Source: Myxococcales bacterium (GTDB taxonomy: Bacteria; Myxococcota_A; Polyangia; Polyangiales; Polyangiaceae). Taken from it: DNA of 48,304 nt. Shown here one piece after another: positions 35,824 through 44,516 of this stretch; within the stretch, counting starts at the first letter, position 1, and every line of letters begins with the position of its first letter. A model generated the notes under the pieces. The model made no database searches and was not told the DNA's origin. It was given only the letters and a program-made list of their open reading frames with translations. The position numbers were made by a program, and so were the translations under genes. The stretch covers positions 1 to 48,304 of the forward strand of contig JAYTOU010000048.1 in NCBI GenBank assembly GCA_043747615.1. The letters are read 5' to 3'.

Positions 35824-38800
35824 GGGGCCACCGGCAAGGGATCCGCAGCTCCGGAAGGCGGCGGTACCGAGGTAATTCCCGGGCGTCCCTGGACGAACTG
35901 GCCATCCTTGTAGTCGAGCTTCCTGCTGTGCGACGGGTCCGTCGGATCCGTCGTGCCGGTCACGTACGTGCGGAGCTTGGCGTCGCCGATCGTGTCCGTG
36001 TAGAACGCAAGCCGTCCGATGGCGTGAACCACCGCGGCGCTGCGAACGTTGTAGGCGCGAGCGAGGGTGATCGCCGTGACGTACCGGCGAACCATGATCT
36101 CGTCGGCAGCGTCGGTTTCACGTTGCCTCTTCAACTTGAAGCCGTCGCGACCCGCCGAGCGGAGGTTGTCGGCTTTGTCGATGAGGTCGTCGCGACCGCT
36201 GCTCTCCATCTGCTTGAGAACGGTCTCTTGCGCTGGGGTGAAGAGCTTGAATTGCCCCTTGCCATTGCCGACCACTACGAACGACAGTCCCGTTCGGAGG
36301 TCGTCGTAGAGCGAACCCTGGCGGGCGACGGCGGCAGGCACCCACTCGAGCGACGGATAGGTGGCGACGATGTGCTGCAAGCGCTCGTCGAACCTCTCCG
36401 CGGCTTTCGCGTTGCTCTGGTATTTTCCGGGTTTCGTCTGCGCGCCGGTCTTCGCGTCGAACGAACCGAGGACGTCCGGGATGGTGCCCGTATACGTGTG
36501 GATGGTCGGCCCTTCGTACTGCGCGCGGATGTCTTCGTCGACGAGCGTGAACTCCGCCTCAGCGCCGTAATCGGAGAACGGAGGCACGAGCGCTTCGTTC
36601 TTTCCGTCCTTGGTGACGGTGCCATGGACCTTGAAGTTGTCCCAGGCTGCGATCGTGTTCTTGTACCAGACGTGATAGTTCCCATCGCCCACGCTTTTCA
36701 TCATTTGCGCGCTCTCGTGGGCCGCGATCAGAGCGTACTTCGCCGACGCGTTCGTCGCGCGGTTCGTCGCGTAGAACCCGGCCAGCGATGATTGTGCGGC
36801 CAGTCTCGTCTGGCGATTGGCGCCCGTGTCTCCGCCAGCCGAATTCCACTGCTGGTAGTCGTAGTTGGCGACGAGGAAATCGGCATTCGACTTCTCCTCG
36901 GCCGACGGATGGAGCTTGAGCACCGTGCGGTACGCGCTCGTCATCTTGTCCCGCTGCGCCATGTTTGCGTAGAGGATCATTGCGTTCTTGGCGGCGGGCT
37001 TTCGCTTCGCTTCGTCGAAGCGTTCGTTCGTGGCGACCTTGTCGTAGGTCTCGGCGGCCTTCTGGTAGTTGAAGAAGCCGTAGTACGTCGTGCCAAGCTC
37101 CGAATATGCGGTGTCGAGGAATCCCAGACGCTCTGCGTACCGCTTGGGATCGGGAGCCGTCTTCGCCTTCGCGTCGCCCTTCTGAAGTGTGGTGAGCCGC
37201 GCTTCGCTTCCGTACTCAGCGATGAACTTGTTGTAGAGGTCGATTGCCTTCTGGAACTCGCCGACCTGTTTGTAGGCGAAGGCCGCGTTCATCGCTGCTT
37301 CCGGCGCTTCGTCACGAGCCGGAGCTGCCTGGAGCGCGGCTTCGTACATCCCCGCCGCTTCGCGCCAGAGTTTGTCCTTCGCGGGGCCCGGAGGGGCGGC
37401 CTTCGCTTCGGCAAACTTCTTTCGGGCGTCCACGAACGAAGCCTCTTGCAAGGTGGGATTGATGATGAGCTTGCCCGCCTCGGTCTGGGTTGCACTCACC
37501 GCGCAGGAGTGTGCCTTTTCAGCTTCGGCGAGCTGCCGTGAACGCTCGGCGTCGCGCGACATGTTGCTCATCGAGATGAGCTTTTCCCACGCGCGGTAGC
37601 CGAACTCGTCCTTGCCGCAATGCTCCTTGTACATCGGCTCGAAGCGCTGACGCGCCTCGTCGAAGTGGCCGTACACGAAGAACTCGTCGGCCGCGTAGAA
37701 CTGGTAGTCCATCGCGCGGTGGGTGATGTCGAGCGCCGGCGGGACACGCGCCACGTACTCGTCGCGGGCCAGGATGCTCTGCGTGATCACGACGGGCATC
37801 GGGAGGACGACGACCTTTTTGTCCGGTCCGTCGGAATCGAACTTCACCTCGGAGCGCAGCTCGGTGCCCGACGTGCCTCTCGTGTCGTCGAAGCGCTGGT
37901 ATTCGAGGTCGCGGTTGACGTCGCTCTCTTCGACGACGAAGAAGGCCGCGTTGTCGAGATACTTGTCGTCTTCGTTCGAGTCGCGGACGTCGATTGCGGC
38001 TTTCTTCGCCTCGTCGATGTCTCTCTGGGTCGGCTCGGGGAACTGATCCTTCTTGAGCTTGTGAAGAAGGACGCTGATACGCAGCTGCTTGTGCCGCGCG
38101 TCGGCGAGCCAGTAACGGCTCTCGTACGCGTCGGGCGAGTTCTCGTCTTGGTGGAGGAAGCCCGCCCAACCGATCGCCGCGAGCCGGTACTCAGCGTTCG
38201 CGCGGACAAGGAGCTCGAGCTGCTGGCGCGGATCGCCCATTTCGCTCGCCTGAACGAGGGCCTGCTTGCCGTTGTTCGTGTGCTGCGCAGCGGCCTGACG
38301 GAGACCGCCTTTGACCAAGCGCTCTGCGTTCTGGATCGCCGCCGGGTTTTCCTTGTTGGCGTCGACCCAGGGCGTATTTCCGATGTAGTTGGCGAGCGCG
38401 GTGCGGGCCTGGAGCGCTTTTCCTGCGATGGCGTCGTGCTCCGGAGTGCCAGGGCGCTTGGTGACGTTCATCTGGTCGTACGTTTCGGCGATGGCGTTTT
38501 GCACGTCCGGCGCCGTCGGATCCATTGGCCACTTCTTCAGGATCAGATCGAAGGTCTCGATGGCGTTCGTGAACTGATTGAGGCTCCGATATTCGCTGGC
38601 GAGCGCCTTGTAGATCTCGATCGTCCAGGGCTTGTCCTGGGGGATCAGGTTCGGATCGCGCACGCGGTCCAGGGCTACGTGAAGCTTCTGCTCCGCGACC
38701 TCGGGCCTCGGCTCGGTGTCCACGATGTCCGGGCGCTGGATGAACGGCTCGTCGGCTTCGGGACCCTTGAAGTCGATGTTCGTGAGCGACCCCGCAATGT

Positions 38801-40154
38801 ACGTGTACGCCTCGCCGCGGAAGTCGGCACCCGGGTCACCGGTGAGCTTTTGCTGCTCGTCGGTGTAGAGCAAGAGATGCACGAACTCGCGGGTCGCCGC
38901 CTCGTAGCGCTGCTGTTTGAAGAGCGTCCAGGAGTACTTGTAGAGTGCAACTCCGTAGAGCGGCGGCCTCTTGAAGAGAAGCGAGTGGTTGTAGCCGCTC
39001 GCGGCGCGGTTGTAGTCGTAGACGGCGCTGGCCTCGTCGCCGACCACGCCGCCGCGCATGTCTTGCTGATCGAATTCCCAGTTACCGATTTGCCACCAGA
39101 CTTCGGCGACGTACTTGGGCTCGTCGCCTGGACGGAGCGCAGGCTGCGCAATTGACTGACAGCTCTGGGGATAGGGATCGACGTAGCGCGCATCGGGGCC
39201 GCCGTTGCGGACCGATTTCGGATCGCGGTGGTTGTTGCGCCACGCCGTCCAGTAGGCCTCGTCGTGATCTTGGGGAAGCGGGATGATGGTGTCGGCGTCG
39301 GGGTTCTTCGGATCGGGCGGGGTCGGGTACTTGAAGTGGTTGACGCAAACGAGCGAGCGCCAGACCTGCTGCGATTCTTCGGTGCGCCCGGAGTCGTTGT
39401 AGGCGTGCCCGAGGAAGTAATAGATGCCCGCGAGCTCTCGGTACTTCGGGAACTCGTTGATCACCCGCTTGTAGAGGGCGATCGCCGGCTTCAGGCCAAT
39501 CGCGACTTCGTCCGTGGCTTCGTCGGAGCGCGCGCGCTCTTCGTAGAGCGCAGCGAGGCGGTACATCGCGTCCGGCGTGGCTTCGGGCTGCGAGTTCGCG
39601 CCCTGGTACTTCAGAATGAATTCTTCGAGGCGAGCAATCGCGTTGTCGCGTGCCTTCTTCAGCTCGGCCTTCTCGATTCCAATCTCGTGATCGAGCCCCG
39701 AGAGGATCTCTTTTTTCTTCGTCTCGTAGTGGAGCTTGATGATCGTGGTGACGGTGTCGCGGTATTCGCGCGCGCCAATTTCGTAGGCGTCCGTTTCCTT
39801 CTGGAGTGCTTCGAGCGCGGCGACTTGGGCCGGCGAAGGCGGCGTGAGAGGGGGTGCGACCTTCCTCGCGGTAGGCGCAGTGCTGGGCTCGACCGGGGCC
39901 GTCGACGCTCCTGCGTCTACCGTCGCGGCCGTTGGGGGCGTCGCGGTGAGTGGCGTCGCGCCCGCATCGACCTTCGAGGGAGGCGTGGTCGCTCCCTTCG
40001 CGGCGGGCGCGTTGGGGGGAGCTCCGGCGGTGAGCGAGGGCTTTGCTGCGGGGCCGGCTGGCTGCGCAAAGCTCGAGTAGGCGACGGCCACGAGGAGCGT
40101 CCCCGTCATCGCCGCGATGCTTCTCGAAAATCTTGAAACGCGCTTCGTCATCAC
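35820..40154 (-). CDS. GltD/AgmU-like large periplasmic TPR protein (1444 aa)
   Basis: Signal peptide, Pro/Ala linker, TPDAMYRLAALYEE, ALYKYSWT, FRGEAYTY, long TPR array; ATGA overlap with the gltE-like gene. Confidence 0.78.
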   Translation of the reverse strand: MMTKRVSRFSRSIAAMTGTLLVAVAYSSFAQPAGPAAKPSLTAGAPPNAPAAKGATTPPSKVDAGATPLTATPPTAATVDAGASTAPVEPSTAPTARKVAPPLTPPSPAQVAALEALQKETDAYEIGAREYRDTVTTIIKLHYETKKKEILSGLDHEIGIEKAELKKARDNAIARLEEFILKYQGANSQPEATPDAMYRLAALYEERARSDEATDEVAIGLKPAIALYKRVINEFPKYRELAGIYYFLGHAYNDSGRTEESQQVWRSLVCVNHFKYPTPPDPKNPDADTIIPLPQDHDEAYWTAWRNNHRDPKSVRNGGPDARYVDPYPQSCQSIAQPALRPGDEPKYVAEVWWQIGNWEFDQQDMRGGVVGDEASAVYDYNRAASGYNHSLLFKRPPLYGVALYKYSWTLFKQQRYEAATREFVHLLLYTDEQQKLTGDPGADFRGEAYTYIAGSLTNIDFKGPEADEPFIQRPDIVDTEPRPEVAEQKLHVALDRVRDPNLIPQDKPWTIEIYKALASEYRSLNQFTNAIETFDLILKKWPMDPTAPDVQNAIAETYDQMNVTKRPGTPEHDAIAGKALQARTALANYIGNTPWVDANKENPAAIQNAERLVKGGLRQAAAQHTNNGKQALVQASEMGDPRQQLELLVRANAEYRLAAIGWAGFLHQDENSPDAYESRYWLADARHKQLRISVLLHKLKKDQFPEPTQRDIDEAKKAAIDVRDSNEDDKYLDNAAFFVVEESDVNRDLEYQRFDDTRGTSGTELRSEVKFDSDGPDKKVVVLPMPVVITQSILARDEYVARVPPALDITHRAMDYQFYAADEFFVYGHFDEARQRFEPMYKEHCGKDEFGYRAWEKLISMSNMSRDAERSRQLAEAEKAHSCAVSATQTEAGKLIINPTLQEASFVDARKKFAEAKAAPPGPAKDKLWREAAGMYEAALQAAPARDEAPEAAMNAAFAYKQVGEFQKAIDLYNKFIAEYGSEARLTTLQKGDAKAKTAPDPKRYAERLGFLDTAYSELGTTYYGFFNYQKAAETYDKVATNERFDEAKRKPAAKNAMILYANMAQRDKMTSAYRTVLKLHPSAEEKSNADFLVANYDYQQWNSAGGDTGANRQTRLAAQSSLAGFYATNRATNASAKYALIAAHESAQMMKSVGDGNYHVWYKNTIAAWDNFKVHGTVTKDGKNEALVPPFSDYGAEAEFTLVDEDIRAQYEGPTIHTYTGTIPDVLGSFDAKTGAQTKPGKYQSNAKAAERFDERLQHIVATYPSLEWVPAAVARQGSLYDDLRTGLSFVVVGNGKGQFKLFTPAQETVLKQMESSGRDDLIDKADNLRSAGRDGFKLKRQRETDAADEIMVRRYVTAITLARAYNVRSAAVVHAIGRLAFYTDTIGDAKLRTYVTGTTDPTDPSHSRKLDYKDGQFVQGRPGITSVPPPSGAADPLPVAP

Positions 40155-40161
40155 GAAATCC

Positions 40162-42573
40162 TCACTTCGAGCGCCCCGGATCCACAGCGTCGTCGAGCAC
40201 CTCGCGGAGCTCTTCGTCGAGAATTTGTTCTTGACGTGCGCGCTCGGTTTGAAGGTTGCGCACGCGGTCGAGCTCCTCTTCGCGAACTTCCCAGGCTTGC
40301 TCCGTGATGCCTACGTCGGCTCGGAGAACGATGCCGCGGAGCTTGTCGCGGACCATGACGAAATTTCGCTCGGCCACGTGGCCCACGAGGTCGTGTGCCT
40401 CACCGTCGAGGCCTGCGAGCTGGACCTTGTAGCCCGCGATTTTGCCGGCTTCGACGTTGATTTTTCCACGGAGCTCGTTGATGCGCGCTTCGACCTGTAC
40501 CTCGAGCGCGTTGAACGCGGCGATGAGTCGATCCTCGACCGCGCGCGCTTGGAGAAGGACGGGTGCGATGCGCTGTGCGTAGCGCTGTCCGTTGCCGCCG
40601 CCGGCGCCGCTCGAGGCGAGCTGCACTTCGCGATCGAGGAGGTCGCGGAACTGCGCACGGGCCGTCGCGTCGTTCTGATAACGGGCGTCGCCAAGACCGA
40701 TCTGCGCGCGCCCGATTTCGATTTGGCGCCGGAGCTCGACGGACTGTTGCTGAAAGAGCTTCAAGTCGTGCTCGTTTGCATCGAGCTCGGCCTGAAAGCG
40801 CTGGAGTGATACGGGGTCGCGCGCAACGCCGCGCTGGCCGTCCTCGCGGAGCATGCGACGAAGGCCGTTCACGGTCGCGTGGAGTTGATCCATCTCTATC
40901 GTGCGGCGCGAGAGCTCCTGGGACACGGTGTTCCACTGCTTCGCGCCTTGGTAGTCGCGGTCCGCGAATTCGGCCGAAGTGACCGGCGTTTCGCGGACGA
41001 CGCCCATCAGCTGACGGCGCTGCGACCGTACGGTCTCCATCTCTCCGGACACGGAATCCGACTCCTCGGAGTCGAGCCCACGCGCAAGCTCGACGCGCGC
41101 GCGCGCCACGCGATTGATGAGGCCGACGGCCCGTTCCTCACCGGCGAGAAGCTCGGGGAATGCGCGGACGCGGTTCGCCGAGGTGGTGAGCGTCGTGAGC
41201 TTGTCGATGAGAAGCTCGGAGTCACGAATCAGCGCGTTGCACTGGTTCACGTCGTCGATCACGGCAAACGCGGCGGGGCCATCTTCGGCCTCCCGCGCCC
41301 AACGGACAGCAAGCGCGGGAAGCTGCTCGCTCTGATCGAGGGTATCCATCTCCTGCTGCGCGAGCTTGTCGTAGTAGACGGAGACGTCGCCCGACTTGGT
41401 CGAGCTGAGGAAATTCTCCACCTTCAGGCGCATCGGATCGTACTGCGTCCGCACGCCCTCGTAGAGCTGGAGGGCTTTGTCAAAGGCGCCCGCGCGGAGC
41501 AGAAGATCTGCGCGCAGGAGGGTGCCGTCGCCAACGTACGAAGAGTTCGGGTCGGCGATCGAGAGAACCTCGAGCGCGCGCTCGGCCCGCTGCACATCGC
41601 CCAGGCGGACGTACACCCACGCAAGCTCGTACAGCATCGTGTCGAACTCGGCCGAATCTCGGCTTACCTTCGAATAGGCCTCACTCGCTTGCTGGAATTG
41701 TTCCATCTCGTAGAAGAGGCGACCAATCGCCATCCACGAAAGATCGATCACGTGACGATGCTCGGCCGTGTCCGGGGGGAGCTCCGTGGCCACGCGAAAG
41801 GCTTCGATCGCCTGCTTGTAGTTGGTCGACGTGAACGGCGCCGTTCCGTCGGTCGCGGCAGTCGCCGAGGGCGGCGCGACCGAGGGCCTCGCCAGCTTCA
41901 TCTGCACGAGGCCCTGAAAATACCGCGCCTGGTGCGTGTAATCCGTGCCGTTGGTGACCTGCGTGAGCGCCTGCTGCGCCGCCGGATAATCCTTCTTGAA
42001 GTAGTAGGCCTTCCCCTTCGCGTAGTTCAGCGCGGAGTCGACCTGCCCGGGCGGAACTTGATTCAGCTTTTGGAAGACCTCGTCGAGCCCGGCAAAATCG
42101 CCGATTCGGATCGAGACGTCGACGAGCCGAGCCAGTGCTTTACCGAAGTAGGGCGAGAAGCGCGCTTCGCTCCCGCGATCGACGAGCGCCCGGTAGTCGC
42201 GGCGGGCCGAGAGGTACTCGTGGGTGGCGTAATACGTCTCGCCGCGAAGCCACATGGCGTCCGGCTGCGAAGGCGTATTCGGGAACCCTTCGATGATCTC
42301 GCTGAAGATTACGCTCGCCCGAGCGTAGTCCTTCGTGCGGTAGAGAATCTCTCCGTTGGCAAGGCGCTGCTCGACCGAGAGCTCCTGGGTCTTAGCGCTG
42401 CGAACGGCAGCTTGGACCGCACCAGACTCGCCGTCGGCTGCGCCGATCTCGGATTGCGCGCGCGTAACGTTGTCCTCGGAGCTTGCCCACGCGGCCGGTG
42501 CGATGGCCAGCGAGAAGATCGCTAGCGTGACACCGCGCAGCGGACGGGCCGCTCCGCGCAATCGACCGATCAC
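40162..42573 (-). CDS. GltC-like periplasmic TPR/coiled-coil protein
   Basis: Signal peptide ..PAAWA/S; TPRs including YSKVSRDSAEFDTMLYELAWVY; long C-terminal coiled coil; GTGA overlap with the upstream gene. Confidence 0.68.
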   Translation of the reverse strand: MIGRLRGAARPLRGVTLAIFSLAIAPAAWASSEDNVTRAQSEIGAADGESGAVQAAVRSAKTQELSVEQRLANGEILYRTKDYARASVIFSEIIEGFPNTPSQPDAMWLRGETYYATHEYLSARRDYRALVDRGSEARFSPYFGKALARLVDVSIRIGDFAGLDEVFQKLNQVPPGQVDSALNYAKGKAYYFKKDYPAAQQALTQVTNGTDYTHQARYFQGLVQMKLARPSVAPPSATAATDGTAPFTSTNYKQAIEAFRVATELPPDTAEHRHVIDLSWMAIGRLFYEMEQFQQASEAYSKVSRDSAEFDTMLYELAWVYVRLGDVQRAERALEVLSIADPNSSYVGDGTLLRADLLLRAGAFDKALQLYEGVRTQYDPMRLKVENFLSSTKSGDVSVYYDKLAQQEMDTLDQSEQLPALAVRWAREAEDGPAAFAVIDDVNQCNALIRDSELLIDKLTTLTTSANRVRAFPELLAGEERAVGLINRVARARVELARGLDSEESDSVSGEMETVRSQRRQLMGVVRETPVTSAEFADRDYQGAKQWNTVSQELSRRTIEMDQLHATVNGLRRMLREDGQRGVARDPVSLQRFQAELDANEHDLKLFQQQSVELRRQIEIGRAQIGLGDARYQNDATARAQFRDLLDREVQLASSGAGGGNGQRYAQRIAPVLLQARAVEDRLIAAFNALEVQVEARINELRGKINVEAGKIAGYKVQLAGLDGEAHDLVGHVAERNFVMVRDKLRGIVLRADVGITEQAWEVREEELDRVRNLQTERARQEQILDEELREVLDDAVDPGRSK

Positions 42574-43472
42574 TTCGTCCCCCCTCCGACCGAGAAGCCG
42601 CCCTTGGCCGCTCCGTTGTTGACGGCCGCGCCGCCAGCTCCATTACCCGAGACGGGCGCCGCGCCAGGTGCGACGGCCGCCGAGGGAGGGGGCGCACCGA
42701 GGGCTTGCACTTTCTCCTGCCACTCGATCTTCGGACGCTGCTCGAGTGGCGTCGTCACGCCGCCTTGCTCGAAGGCCTTGACCGTAATGCTCATCGTCTT
42801 GCCTTCGACGGCGGTGAACGAGTGCGCCGACTTGACCTCGAACTTGTAGCCGCGAAGGTAGGTGAAAACGCCGTAACCATTGCCCTGGAAATCGAGGAGC
42901 ACCGAGATGGTGTGATCGCCCGGCGGAACGGAGCCGCTGAAGACGGGGATCTCTTTCTGGTCGGCGAGGGCGCCGGTGTCGTCGTTGCGATTGTACTGCA
43001 CCGCGCCGTCGAGGACGATGAGTGCCTTTGTAAGCTTGAACGCGCTCGACATCTCGTTGTGGAACGTAATTTCAGAGCGCGAGCCCCCTGCCCCACCGGA
43101 GAGGATGGTGTCGGAGAGAAGCGCGAGCCTTGTATGGCTTCGGCGAATCTGATCTTTCAGCTCGTCGACGCGCGCCTCGAGGTCGCGAAGGCGGACCGCG
43201 TAGGTTGCGCCGTCCATCTGCCCGCCGGCCGTGGCCGTGGACATCGGGGGAGCAGCGGCGCCGGCGGCGAGGGTCGATGCACCGCCATCCGCTTTGGCAT
43301 CCGTTTTGGACGCGCTCGGCGTCGTGGCTGCAACGGGCGCTGCGCCGGCATCCTTCGCGGGTGCGGCAGCTCCGGCGGGCTTGGCCTTCGGTTGCTGGGC
43401 GACGGTGGTCGCCGAGATCGCGAGCGGAAAAAGGAAAGCAAACCCGATAGCCATGAAGCTCTGACATCGCAT
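42570..43472 (-). CDS. Myxobacterial-type secreted protein (Ala/Pro linker, coiled coil, beta-rich domain)
   Basis: Signal peptide; LRDLEARVDELKDQIRRSHTRLALL coiled coil; FHNEMSSAF...GNGYGVFTYLRGYKFEVKS domain; first gene of the Glt-like operon. Confidence 0.75.
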   Translation of the reverse strand: MRCQSFMAIGFAFLFPLAISATTVAQQPKAKPAGAAAPAKDAGAAPVAATTPSASKTDAKADGGASTLAAGAAAPPMSTATAGGQMDGATYAVRLRDLEARVDELKDQIRRSHTRLALLSDTILSGGAGGSRSEITFHNEMSSAFKLTKALIVLDGAVQYNRNDDTGALADQKEIPVFSGSVPPGDHTISVLLDFQGNGYGVFTYLRGYKFEVKSAHSFTAVEGKTMSITVKAFEQGGVTTPLEQRPKIEWQEKVQALGAPPPSAAVAPGAAPVSGNGAGGAAVNNGAAKGGFSVGGGTK

Positions 43473-43518
43473 GTTCAAAAACCCCTTTCCAACCAAAGAC
43501 CGAAAGCCAGCGGCGCGG

Positions 43519-43548
43519 AGTGTAGTTGCTGGTGTAGGCGCCTTGCAA
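43519..43548 (-). promoter_or_regulatory. Candidate sigma70 promoter TTGCAA-N18-TACACT for the Glt-like operon
   Basis: Minus strand -35 at 43548-43543, -10 at 43524-43519. Confidence 0.5.
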
Positions 43549-43763
43549 TGGTCTCACGCTGGCACGCAGGGATTTGTCTACCTGAGGAGCAAGCCGAGGT
43601 AGAGTGCGCATCCTCGTGCGTCGCCTGCGTAATTTTGGTCGCGAAGTCGACAGCGAGGCCCGCTCCGTGGTCAAAAGCGACCCCTCCGAACCTCATCCTT
43701 CCGCTCCACAAATGATGGCACTTCGTCAAACCGGCAGATCTTTGGGCCAGCTCGCGCGTCAGT

Positions 43764-43791
43764 ATGCCCAAGGAAATGCCCAAGGAAATGC
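43764..43791. repeat. Tandem repeat ATGCCCAAGGAA x2.3 upstream of the ECF sigma gene
   Basis: atgcccaaggaa-atgcccaaggaa-atgc. Confidence 0.75.
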
Positions 43792-43833
43792 ACAGCTGGG
43801 TGTTGGGCGGGTCGTTGCGTCGCGAGGCTCCTC

Positions 43834-44448
43834 GTGACGGGATCGCGCGCAGACGTGACGGACGAAGCGCTGATGGTTCGCTACCAGCGCGGGGATCGAA
43901 CGGCCTTCGCGCAGCTCGTCAAGCGGCATCAAACGCCGCTCTATCACTTCGCATTTCGGCAGCTGCGCGAGCAGTCAAAAGCCGAGGACGTGGTGCAGGA
44001 GGCCTTCGTGCGCGTCGTTCAGAATGCAGCCGATTTCAAGCACGAAGCGAGGTTCACCACGTGGGTCTACACGATCACGCGGAACCTCTGCATCGACCAG
44101 CTCCGCAAGGGCGCGCTCCGCAAGCACGCCTCCCTCGACCACTCGAAGGGCGGGGAGGATTCGGACGGCCCCACGCTTGGGGATCAGACGGCGGACACAC
44201 GGGCGAGCGTCGAGCGCGAAGCGGGCGGAACCGAGCTGAAGGAGCGGATCGTGCGCGCGGTGGACACCCTCCCCGACGATCAGCGCGAGGTCTTCTTGAT
44301 GCGCGAAGTGGCGAATCTACCATTCAAGGAAATAGCCGAGATCACCGGTGTGCCCGAAAACACCGTAAAAAGCCGAATGCGGTACGCGCTCGAGCGGCTG
44401 CAAGCGGCGCTGAGCGAGTACGAGGAGTATGCGCGCGCCTTGCGCTGA
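43834..44448 (+). CDS. ECF RNA polymerase sigma factor
   Basis: DEALM..GDRTAFAQLV, AEDVVQEAF, FTTWVYTITRNLCID (region 2); LPFKEIAEITGVPENTVKSRMRYA (region 4). Confidence 0.93.
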   Translation: MTGSRADVTDEALMVRYQRGDRTAFAQLVKRHQTPLYHFAFRQLREQSKAEDVVQEAFVRVVQNAADFKHEARFTTWVYTITRNLCIDQLRKGALRKHASLDHSKGGEDSDGPTLGDQTADTRASVEREAGGTELKERIVRAVDTLPDDQREVFLMREVANLPFKEIAEITGVPENTVKSRMRYALERLQAALSEYEEYARALR

Positions 44449-44516
44449 TTTAGCAAACCGATTGCCCCTTGCGGCCTGGGCGTTCAGGCCGAAGATTTGA
44501 AGGACCGAGGAACACC

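Noticed and set aside
37620..42525. Long plus-strand ORFs (37620-39155, 40879-42525 and others)
   Set aside because: Antisense shadows of the TPR genes, caused by codon bias.
42570..43472. Dihydrolipoamide acetyltransferase-like call suggested by the Ala/Pro linker
   Set aside because: No lipoyl or catalytic domain motifs, and it has a signal peptide.
32612..43472. Assigning canonical glt gene symbols
   Set aside because: gltH/I/J and gltA/B/K are absent and the context differs; these may be paralogues, and orthology needs a phylogeny.
43560..43735. Two TGGCAC hexamers as sigma54 promoters
   Set aside because: Neither has TTGC at the required -12 spacing.
43764..44453. ORF beginning MPKEMPKEMH
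   Set aside because: Alternative frame over the ECF gene; the peptide repeat only reflects the 12-bp DNA repeat.
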